Origin: a virus
DNA length: 64,000 nt
Virus record (IMG/VR): IMGVR_UViG_3300025697_000021
Coordinates: 4,127 to 68,126 of that record
Direction: 5' to 3' (one strand)
The translations under genes were made by a program, and so were the position numbers. This document shows, in pieces, positions 25,475 to 33,538 of this stretch. Under the pieces are notes generated by a model. It was not told where the DNA came from. It made no database searches and saw only the letters and a list, made by a program, of their open reading frames with translations. Numbering within the stretch: position 1 is the first letter of the stretch; each line of letters starts with the position of its first letter.

Positions 25475-25717
25475 TTATTCTCCTAATTCCCCTGTTTTCT
25501 CATTAATCCAGCTCTGGAGGAGCTTAACGATCCCTGTTAGCTTCCAATCCATAGTTTTAATGGCAACCTCCGAAAGACCCGCAAGTGCTCCCTCAACTAA
25601 GTGGCGGAACATAGCGAACTCTAATGGATTAGCGTAAGAACGCTTACTAATTCGACTAAAGTCAAATCCGGCTGCCTCAACTACACCCTTTAGAAATTTT
25701 TCTTCTTCTCGTTGCAT
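25475..25717 (-). CDS. hypothetical protein, first gene of the putative late cluster
   Basis: ATG 6 nt after TATAAT, no SD (leaderless-like). Confidence 0.6.
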   Translation of the reverse strand: MQREEEKFLKGVVEAAGFDFSRISKRSYANPLEFAMFRHLVEGALAGLSEVAIKTMDWKLTGIVKLLQSWINEKTGELGE

Positions 25718-25723
25718 ATCTCT

Positions 25724-25752
25724 ATTATAAATGAAAGAAAATAGATTCCTTT
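25724..25752 (-). promoter_or_regulatory. candidate late promoter (class II)
   Basis: AAAGGA-N17-TATAAT. Confidence 0.55.
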
Positions 25753-26386
25753 AACTTACCCTTTCAAAATAATGTATGGGATTGCACCTAGTTGGTACCT
25801 GAATGGGCACACAAGGGTTCAACCTGATTATAGGACACACAGTATAGAAATGCGCTGGTTTAGGAGCCAATGCAAATACACTATCTGAAATCTTCCTAAT
25901 ATTGGGAAACCCCCTAAGGATAGATGAAACCACCTCTTGTGGGCAATTAGTCATAATGTGATTAGGTTCAAGCGCATTTAGGCAGGCACAGTACTTACTC
26001 CTGTTTCTAATTTTCTTCAGAATGTAATCATTCCGGCTATATGAAGACCTTTCTATGTCTAATGTATAGCATTTAGTTGAGTTGCATATAAATGTTCTCC
26101 TGAACTCCTGAAAGGTTAAGTTAAAATACTTAAATATCCAATTGTACATGGTTACAAAGGAAACCCCAACATAGTCACTCATCCCATTCGCCGTCTTGAA
26201 CAGCTTTGCGTCTAAGATGACTTCTTTAATGGGTTTTTCGTGGTCAACTTGTACTTTTAGAGCACATAAAGAGTGTTCTTTACGACATTCAGGACAGAAG
26301 ACGTAATCGTAGTTGATTACGTCTTCTTCCTTAATTAATACAGTATTTGAACAATATGGGGTGCAACAATCTAGTATTTCTCTCAT
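25751..26386 (-). CDS. zinc-finger / HTH-like protein, possible transcription regulator
   Basis: CCTPYC...FCPECR; TANGMSDYVGVSFVTMYNWIFKY is HTH-like. Confidence 0.55.
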   Translation of the reverse strand: MREILDCCTPYCSNTVLIKEEDVINYDYVFCPECRKEHSLCALKVQVDHEKPIKEVILDAKLFKTANGMSDYVGVSFVTMYNWIFKYFNLTFQEFRRTFICNSTKCYTLDIERSSYSRNDYILKKIRNRSKYCACLNALEPNHIMTNCPQEVVSSILRGFPNIRKISDSVFALAPKPAHFYTVCPIIRLNPCVPIQVPTRCNPIHYFERVS

Positions 26387-26446
26387 TTTTAGTCCTCTTT
26401 GTACTACTTCTTAATAAGAATATAGACTATTGGACTAAAAAAGAGG

Positions 26447-27655
26447 CTAATCGACCCAAATAACGCGAGAGCGCATATCAGCAGCTATAGATTGGTTATC
26501 AGCAAGGCAATCAAATTCATCCGCATACCACATATTAGCCATTTGCTGAACTGTCTCCTTGTACACTTGGCCCTCAAACATCTTACGCAAGGCATCCTCC
26601 GTCTGAACACCAACAACTTCCATAGCTTTTTGGAGGTTGCCCCCTTGTGAGTCTACGTGACGATCAACAAACCTATCAATATTTGAAGTAAGCCATGCGT
26701 TCGGAATATTCTCCATATCAGAGGTTGTCATAATCTTCATAGTTAAATCGCTATAGCACTGTCCTTGCTCTGACACCTCTTTTTGCTTTTCAAATTGATT
26801 TTGAAATTTAGCCCTAAAGTCCGCTTTAGACTCATTACCTGCTGAGATATAGAGATCTTCATCGTCCAGATCCATGCGAACGATGTCATTAGCCGCATAT
26901 ACCTTAACATGAACATTGATCTCATCCTCTCCGTCCATGAAGCTCAACTCTACCAGTTCTCCGATCTTACTCGCCAGGACTGCATCTTTGACTTCTGGTG
27001 GATAAAGGTCTTCTACCTCTACCCACACACTCCTCTTGGTATGCTCCTCACTGGGCTTACCGTTAATGGCCGTTAAAATGTCCATAGAGAGACGCTGGTT
27101 CTCACTTTTTATAATATCTGTAGTTGTAAAAGTCTTATAGCTTTGTCTCAGTTGCTCGCATCGCGCCGTAAAGGCTTTCTCAAAATCCCGATCTCCACTC
27201 GATTTTAGCTCGAAGTTCAACGGCTCTGGCATGGTTAGCTTAGGCCAATAGTAATATTGCATAATACCCACAGTAGGCTTATCTGGAGTGTCAAAATCGT
27301 TGAGAAGTAGATCTGTAACGAACATGATGCGCTTACCTGTCTCTTTCTCTACCGCAGTACCAATCATATCAGCGATAATATCACTATAGAGGCGATTAAC
27401 GCCTAGCGTATTCTCTACAACTTTCCGGGCCTTGGGAGTGTTTAAACTACCTCCAGGACCCTTCTTACCTTTATAGTACTTCTGACAGAGCATCTCACCG
27501 TTTTGGAGCCAGTGATCATCAAACTTCTCCTTCAGATCTCTCTCTTTCAGCGCAACGTTCGCATGGAACGGGGTCGCCAACGGCATAATCGCCACTTCGC
27601 TCCGCTCTGGGGGTGTACTTTCGGATGGTGATTTCAGTTCTGGGCTCTCCGTCAT
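26447..27655 (-). CDS. divergent trigger-factor-like chaperone
   Basis: Colinear by-eye matches to all three TF domains: RKVVENTLGVNRLYSDII, YWPKLTM, EQLRQSY, RLSMDILTAINGKP, PEVKDAVLASKIGE, DLDDE, IPNAWLTSNIDRF, QGGNL...TEDALRKMFEGQ; SD AAGGAG. Confidence 0.7.
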   Translation of the reverse strand: MTESPELKSPSESTPPERSEVAIMPLATPFHANVALKERDLKEKFDDHWLQNGEMLCQKYYKGKKGPGGSLNTPKARKVVENTLGVNRLYSDIIADMIGTAVEKETGKRIMFVTDLLLNDFDTPDKPTVGIMQYYYWPKLTMPEPLNFELKSSGDRDFEKAFTARCEQLRQSYKTFTTTDIIKSENQRLSMDILTAINGKPSEEHTKRSVWVEVEDLYPPEVKDAVLASKIGELVELSFMDGEDEINVHVKVYAANDIVRMDLDDEDLYISAGNESKADFRAKFQNQFEKQKEVSEQGQCYSDLTMKIMTTSDMENIPNAWLTSNIDRFVDRHVDSQGGNLQKAMEVVGVQTEDALRKMFEGQVYKETVQQMANMWYADEFDCLADNQSIAADMRSRVIWVD

Positions 27656-28052
27656 AATCTTCTCCTTTTATGAGCTTCTCGCTCAGTTCCCTTCTTAGTA
27701 ACTTATCGTCTGATAGAACTGCAAACGTGCGAGTTTTATCTCCCTTTTTCTTAGATTTCTTTCCTTGTAGAGCATCTAACACGATAGCGGGGAGATTATC
27801 CAAATCGGGCTCCCATTGCCTAGTACTGTAAAAATCAAAAAAGATCTCTACATGACAGTCAATGGGCTCTGTGTAGCCCATTGACGTGTATTGCTCATGG
27901 AAGTCCTTCATCATCTCATCTCGAATGGCGATCATTTTCTTGGAATGACTGACAATAGGCCTTCCGCCTTTGCCTTTCCATATAACTAGATCGTTCTTTT
28001 GGACTTTAGGCCTCCCAATGTAGACCAGCGTAATTGGTTCTTCTATTTGCAA
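27519..28052 (-). CDS. rusA: RusA-family Holliday junction resolvase
   Basis: GRPKVQKN, PDLDNL...VLDALQG, DDKLL, PRTEITI. Confidence 0.8.
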   Translation of the reverse strand: MQIEEPITLVYIGRPKVQKNDLVIWKGKGGRPIVSHSKKMIAIRDEMMKDFHEQYTSMGYTEPIDCHVEIFFDFYSTRQWEPDLDNLPAIVLDALQGKKSKKKGDKTRTFAVLSDDKLLRRELSEKLIKGEDYDGEPRTEITIRKYTPRAERSGDYAVGDPVPCERCAERERSEGEV

Positions 28053-28285
28053 AATAATTCCTTTATAATCTCCACTACCTCCGCAGTACCTCTTTTATAG
28101 ATATGCTTGAATATATAGTCTCTTTCATCCGGACCTTGACACCACATGGCTTTAACCCAGTAACCAGCATACGGACCATTCAAAATCTGAATGTCGCCAT
28201 CCTCTATCTTAAATATACCAGCATTCTTGTCCCTCGGTTTATTGTCCGCTTGAACAACACGCCTATCCTGGCGTATCTCGGTCAT
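28043..28285 (-). CDS. hypothetical protein
   Basis: ORF in operon. Confidence 0.6.
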   Translation of the reverse strand: MTEIRQDRRVVQADNKPRDKNAGIFKIEDGDIQILNGPYAGYWVKAMWCQGPDERDYIFKHIYKRGTAEVVEIIKELFCK

Positions 28286-28287
28286 TA

Positions 28288-28812
28288 CTAGCCTCTTGCT
28301 ATCTGGATCAAATCCTCCTGAGTAGGGGTGACCAAACCAGACTCTCCGATTCTGGTTTGGGAGTAGTTTTCCTCGTAGGAGGATGCGAGACGCATGTCTT
28401 GTGGCCGAGAATTGAGTAGTATGTAGATGCTGTCATACTTGATTTGGAAGTCATCAATGCAACCCAACGTCATATAGGGAACCTGCATGCCGATTTGAAG
28501 TGATCCTTCTTGCGTGACCATCTCACGGTATAGTACGGGATTGACTAGGATGCAGGAGGCTTCGTAGAGTTCTGCAATGCCCCCAATATAAGTCTTCATC
28601 CCGGACTCAATAACCGCAATAGGCATAAACTTGTCTGCGAATGGATGCTTGATATACTGTCTCTCGAGCATCTTTTGATTCTCAGCTTCCTCTAAACTTT
28701 TACGAGCATCTATACAATCCGAACACGATGTCGATCCTCGCTCACAGCAATCTCCACAGCAATCCTCTTCCGAAGGATCATCCATATCTACAATTGTTTG
28801 TTCATCACTCAT
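28288..28812 (-). CDS. hypothetical protein, possible Sm-like fold after a Cys-rich leader
   Basis: YIG...ILVNPV...PYM...Y...SGLVTP pattern; SD GAGGAGG. Confidence 0.55.
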   Translation of the reverse strand: MSDEQTIVDMDDPSEEDCCGDCCERGSTSCSDCIDARKSLEEAENQKMLERQYIKHPFADKFMPIAVIESGMKTYIGGIAELYEASCILVNPVLYREMVTQEGSLQIGMQVPYMTLGCIDDFQIKYDSIYILLNSRPQDMRLASSYEENYSQTRIGESGLVTPTQEDLIQIARG

Positions 28813-28836
28813 TAGCTTCCTCCTCTTTCAACCTTT

Positions 28837-28865
28837 AGCTTATCCTAATATATACTAGATGTCAA
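28837..28865 (-). promoter_or_regulatory. sigma70-type promoter
   Basis: TTGACA-N17-TAAGCT. Confidence 0.7.
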
Positions 28866-28886
28866 GAACTACTCACCACAAACTCC

Positions 28887-29240
28887 TTAGAGAACCTTCT
28901 GGTCCAGGTCCAATACGGGCTTGACAGCTACCATATCAAATTTTACCTTAACTTTAGCAAGAGATGCAACGTGCTTAGTCTCAATTTCTACAATATCGCT
29001 TTCTAGGGTTTCTACTGCCTCTTCTGCGGTATTAAAAATAGATGTTACAAAGAATGATCTAGAATGGAAAAAATCGTCCATTCCCTCCTCTTGGATTTTC
29101 AAAACAACAGAGTGTACTCCAGAAGCTCTTTCATTCTTTTCCTCTACTTCTCCGGAACCGACATCTAGTTCGCCCAATCTGTTCGTAGTTGTAAAGAAAA
29201 CAGTGTCTCCCAAGTTAATGGAAATTAGGTCAATTGTCAT
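28887..29240 (-). CDS. SH3-like hypothetical protein
   Basis: LGDTVFF...IFNTAEEA; SD AAGGAG. Confidence 0.6.
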   Translation of the reverse strand: MTIDLISINLGDTVFFTTTNRLGELDVGSGEVEEKNERASGVHSVVLKIQEEGMDDFFHSRSFFVTSIFNTAEEAVETLESDIVEIETKHVASLAKVKVKFDMVAVKPVLDLDQKVL

Positions 29241-29269
29241 AATAATTCTCCTTTTCTTAGCAAAAAATG

Positions 29270-29830
29270 CTAGTCCTCGATAACCTTGTACGTAACATCA
29301 AAGACGTCTTCCGTATCCGTCTCCACTACTTCAATATCAAAAATATCATTTATAGTCAAACCCTCTTTTTTGAGTTCTTCGACAAACATATCAGTAACAG
29401 AGTCAAAATACGACTTAATAGCGTCATTTTTAATCTTTCTCTCAGCCCTGAGCGCTTGAATCCCCTGAACAGCTGTTGCCCTTGCCGCATCCTTCTCTTT
29501 CTTTCCCGCTCTGTACGCTTTTTGCTTAGCTGCATACAGCTCTTTATTCTCCGCACGGTGAGCCCTTCTCCGGGCAGCTACCTTATCCTTGTTCTTCTCT
29601 CGGTACGCCGTCGACTTAGCTATTAGAGCCTCCTTATTAGCCTCGTAGTACGCCTTAGCTTGTTCAATCACCCTCTCTTTATTAGCCTCGTAGTACGCCG
29701 CCCTCTTAATACGGGAGCATAGCTTACACTGCCCGCGAAGCCCATCTTTGATTCTAGTATCCTTATTAAACTCAGAGAGGTCTTTCTCTACTTTACACTT
29801 AGAACATAATTTGGTTTCTGCTTCACTCAT
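29270..29830 (-). CDS. homing-endonuclease-type zinc-finger protein lacking an evident nuclease domain
   Basis: KLCSKCKVEKDLSEFNKD..KDGLRGQCKLC plus AYYEANKE repeats; no HNH/EndoVII core. Confidence 0.65.
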   Translation of the reverse strand: MSEAETKLCSKCKVEKDLSEFNKDTRIKDGLRGQCKLCSRIKRAAYYEANKERVIEQAKAYYEANKEALIAKSTAYREKNKDKVAARRRAHRAENKELYAAKQKAYRAGKKEKDAARATAVQGIQALRAERKIKNDAIKSYFDSVTDMFVEELKKEGLTINDIFDIEVVETDTEDVFDVTYKVIED

Positions 29831-32061
29831 ACCTCAAGCTCCGTTTGTCCTGATCTCTTACGAGCTGTCCAAGTATGGTCAAAGTCGATAAGGTCTTTAA
29901 CCGCTCCGGAGTTGTCTGTTACAAACACAGTCCCCTTCTTGAGAAGTTTGGACATAGAACTCGCTATCTTTTGACTATTGTTAGAATCAACGAATGAGAA
30001 TACCTCGTCCAGCAACATGAGATTACAACCCTGTCCATATTTACGGGCCAATTCGTTCAATGCCCTTATAATGGCCACTGAAATTTTACTGGCCTCTCCA
30101 TCTGAATAGAGCTTAGGTGAGATGTTCTTCGATCCATCCACAATCTCGATCTTGACGTCGGATTTCATCAGTGCTTTAACATCTGCGGCATTCTTCTGCC
30201 GAGACTTGTGCTCGAATGAAGTAATAGAGATTCTCATAGAGTCGCCCAGGTCTTCCAGGTACTCGTTAGCTAAATCACTAATCTCAGCCATTGCTACAGA
30301 CATCTTATGCAACTTGATAAATGGGATATTGTCAATAAGCCACAAGAAGACATCCAAATTTCCCTGAACCTCTGCAATCTCTTTAACAAAGAAGTCCAGA
30401 TGAAGCTTTTTCTCTTCAATCTGGGCTTCTGCTGCTTTGAGCTGGTCAACACTCTTATTAGCTTGGTCAATTTTGTTCTTATGGTCCAAGCCTTTTGACT
30501 TGAAGCCGTCTTGCTCATCTCGAAGACCTTGAATAGTCCCTGCTACATCATGCAACTTAGAAGCATAGGATGAATGTATATCCCTCTCTAGTTTGATGTT
30601 GTTCATAAGCTCATTATTCTGATTCACTAAGATAGTCTTCTTGGTTGCAATACCTTCTCTGTACGCCAGTAACCTTCTGTCAGTCTCCTTCTCTTGTGCA
30701 GCCAGGGCCGCCTTATACGTCTCCATCTGACCCTCGTACTCTCTATTTAGAACCAACTGACGAGCCTCAAGCCGGGCTGTAGCTCCTTTAATGCTCACCT
30801 CCTGCAGCTTAGTCTCCTTAGCTTCCAGGAGAGTACAATTATCTTCCAGTTCCTTGATCTTATCTCCAATACTCTCTTTCTTCTTTTTGGTAATAGACGT
30901 GTCACAAGTCGGACACCTTGTAAGATCCATCAAAGATCCTGCATCATTCACAAACCCTTGTAGTTGACCTCTACATGCTGATCTACTATCTCTAGTTTCT
31001 GAGAGCATAGCCTTCAGATCGTCCAGTTCGGCCATTAGGTCATGGCCCTTCTTATCCAGATTAGGATTGATAGGCTTAGGCTCTGTAAAGACTTCCTTGC
31101 CTTCCCAAGTAGGTGTCGTCCACATCTCTTTATCCAGCTTTTGAATCTTTTCGTTATTCTGACGAATCTCTTTATCCGTAGAATCTACCTTTTCTTGATT
31201 GTACGCTTCAGATTGCTTAGCAGTCAAATCCTCAACTATGTTCTTATAGTTCTTTATCTTATCTGCGATCTCTTTCCACTTTACTCTGGAAGCCGCCAAG
31301 GCGGCTTCCTCCTGTTCAATATACTCTGCCCAATCAAAAGCCTTAGCACTTTGATATTGCTCCTGGAGGGTCTGTAAGGCCCCCTTCTCAAAGTTCACTT
31401 TATCATCAATTGCTGATATTTGAGTATTCAGTGCTTTCTTCTTAGCACGACTCCTATCCGATATAGAATCCCACTCTTCAATCCCCGTAATTCCTGAAAG
31501 AATCTCCATGCGATCTTTATTAGTTCCTCTAAGGAAAGCGTCACCCACTCGATAGGACATATAAGCAATAGCCAAGAACCTGTTATAGGACATTCCTATT
31601 ACATCCAGTATCTTTAGGTGTGTTTGAGGCATACCTGACCCTCTTTTATCGACCCAAACACCATCTTCAAACTTATCCAAATACAAAGAAGTGCCCAAAT
31701 ATGCAGTATGAGTATCGTTGTCTACTGCATAATTAGTTTCCTTCCAACTACGACAGTACGTGACTCTGTAATGCTCTCCAATATGATTTGTGAAATAAAC
31801 TCGACCGGCCATTCCCTTATCCCATATAGAATTAATTACGTCATCACCTTTGCAGCCGGTGGGGTTCTCGCGGAAGAGAATCTCACAGGCTGCGTTGAAT
31901 AGGGAGGACTTGCCCGATCCGTTGGAGTCCCCATCCTTATCTTCGTTAATACCTGTTAGGTGAACTAAACCCTTATTTAGGACGTTTATGTCCTTGCTTT
32001 CGCCGTAGGAGAACATCCCAGTGGGGTTGATCGAATGTAGAGTTAAAATATTATCTTGCAT
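29827..32061 (-). CDS. SbcC/Rad50/gp46-like recombination ATPase
   Basis: Walker A NGSGKSS, coiled coils, CPTC zinc hook, signature YSDGE, Walker B LLDEVF. Confidence 0.9.
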   Translation of the reverse strand: MQDNILTLHSINPTGMFSYGESKDINVLNKGLVHLTGINEDKDGDSNGSGKSSLFNAACEILFRENPTGCKGDDVINSIWDKGMAGRVYFTNHIGEHYRVTYCRSWKETNYAVDNDTHTAYLGTSLYLDKFEDGVWVDKRGSGMPQTHLKILDVIGMSYNRFLAIAYMSYRVGDAFLRGTNKDRMEILSGITGIEEWDSISDRSRAKKKALNTQISAIDDKVNFEKGALQTLQEQYQSAKAFDWAEYIEQEEAALAASRVKWKEIADKIKNYKNIVEDLTAKQSEAYNQEKVDSTDKEIRQNNEKIQKLDKEMWTTPTWEGKEVFTEPKPINPNLDKKGHDLMAELDDLKAMLSETRDSRSACRGQLQGFVNDAGSLMDLTRCPTCDTSITKKKKESIGDKIKELEDNCTLLEAKETKLQEVSIKGATARLEARQLVLNREYEGQMETYKAALAAQEKETDRRLLAYREGIATKKTILVNQNNELMNNIKLERDIHSSYASKLHDVAGTIQGLRDEQDGFKSKGLDHKNKIDQANKSVDQLKAAEAQIEEKKLHLDFFVKEIAEVQGNLDVFLWLIDNIPFIKLHKMSVAMAEISDLANEYLEDLGDSMRISITSFEHKSRQKNAADVKALMKSDVKIEIVDGSKNISPKLYSDGEASKISVAIIRALNELARKYGQGCNLMLLDEVFSFVDSNNSQKIASSMSKLLKKGTVFVTDNSGAVKDLIDFDHTWTARKRSGQTELEV

Positions 32062-33159
32062 CTATGCCTCCTGGTTTTTCAATTGATTTACAGCTTCCGT
32101 GACAACTTCACTCTTCAATGCGCCCAGACTTGCAAATCCACTCTCTAGATATAGAGAAAGGTCATCCATAACCCCATTTGAAGACGTTAGGTCCACGACT
32201 ACGTTAGATTGCTGCGTCTCGTATGCTCGTAGTTTTTCAATCTTACGAGGTTTGAGCTTCTTTTCCAGCTTCTTCCAGCCTGGATCGTCGGCAATCCTAT
32301 CAACGTTGATTTTATCCCCGGAGATCTTTACTTCGACAAATTGATCCTCAAACAAAGAGGCCTCGAATGTAAGCCCCTCGAAAGTACTCTTATCACCAAC
32401 TCCGTACTGAATACGGGTAAACAGGTTCTTAGTAGGAACGAAGTTGACTTGAAAGCTCCACCTATTGGGCTCTTTAACAGCTTTCATCTCTGTCCACCCT
32501 CGAGACTTATTAGAATCTATTCGAGTCCTCTGGACTACAGACCCCAAATAACCTCCATGAGTGTTTTTGAGTTTGAATTTCTGTCTAATATGAATATCTC
32601 CCGCAATGACGAAGTCCCATTGCGGGAGATCTATTGCTGAAAGCTCTATGCCTGAGTCAAACTTCATTGTACCTTCTTCATTCATCCAAGATCCTCGAAC
32701 GGTATCATGGAATACAAAGAGATTTAGGCAATCTGGATCTACCTCATACTTACTCATATCGAACTCAAAATCAGCCGGTAAAGCATGAATACGGACATTA
32801 TCCTGGCCATAAGTCTTAGCTTCGTCCATAATAATGACATTGTTCATCCATTTTAGAGATTCTGCAGTATGCCATCTCCGGGTATTATCCGTCCAATCAT
32901 GATTACCAATCAAATGGTAATGGGGGATGCTTCCTTTATGTACGAAGTCGTACATAACACGATCCGCCATTACCTTGACTTCATCTCTCGGCTCTCTTTT
33001 CAAGTAGCGATCCCCTGGAAACAACGTAAAATCACACTTAATGTCTCGAGCGCGTTGAAAGAGGTCTCGCTCTACTTTAATTGTATCGTTCAGAGTTACA
33101 CATTTTGCGCCTAGCTCATCATGATGTACATCTGCCCATGTTAGGAATGTATATTCCAT
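32062..33159 (-). CDS. SbcD/Mre11/gp47-like nuclease
   Basis: ADVH, PGD, GNHD, FH, GDIH, YLGS phosphoesterase motifs; adjacent to the SbcC-like gene. Confidence 0.9.
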   Translation of the reverse strand: MEYTFLTWADVHHDELGAKCVTLNDTIKVERDLFQRARDIKCDFTLFPGDRYLKREPRDEVKVMADRVMYDFVHKGSIPHYHLIGNHDWTDNTRRWHTAESLKWMNNVIIMDEAKTYGQDNVRIHALPADFEFDMSKYEVDPDCLNLFVFHDTVRGSWMNEEGTMKFDSGIELSAIDLPQWDFVIAGDIHIRQKFKLKNTHGGYLGSVVQRTRIDSNKSRGWTEMKAVKEPNRWSFQVNFVPTKNLFTRIQYGVGDKSTFEGLTFEASLFEDQFVEVKISGDKINVDRIADDPGWKKLEKKLKPRKIEKLRAYETQQSNVVVDLTSSNGVMDDLSLYLESGFASLGALKSEVVTEAVNQLKNQEA

Positions 33160-33169
33160 AGTTTCTCCT

Positions 33170-33538
33170 TTATTTGATCGGTCCTAGTACTTTAAAGCCC
33201 TCTTTCCTCGAAAAAGTAAACCACAAGTTGTTTTTAGACTTCAGGCCTTTAATCGCAGTGAAAACTTCCTGAGAGTCGCAATCTACATGAAAATAAGATA
33301 CAGCAATATCCAATACGAAGAAAGAGGTGGCGCTGAGGTCATTAAAATATACAAAGCTATTAGTGGCGGCCTCATAAAAGTAATAAGGAGCCCCTCTAGT
33401 ACTCCAGTCACCCGTCCAATGCTTAATCTCACTCTCTGCTTGGCGGTAAAGGGGTCCTACAGACCCACCATCCTTCATAAACAGAGCAACGAGTCTATTC
33501 CCACCCGTTACTAGCATCTCACTCAGATTCTCAAACAT
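33170..33538 (-). CDS. hypothetical protein
   Basis: SD AGGAG. Confidence 0.6.
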   Translation of the reverse strand: MFENLSEMLVTGGNRLVALFMKDGGSVGPLYRQAESEIKHWTGDWSTRGAPYYFYEAATNSFVYFNDLSATSFFVLDIAVSYFHVDCDSQEVFTAIKGLKSKNNLWFTFSRKEGFKVLGPIK

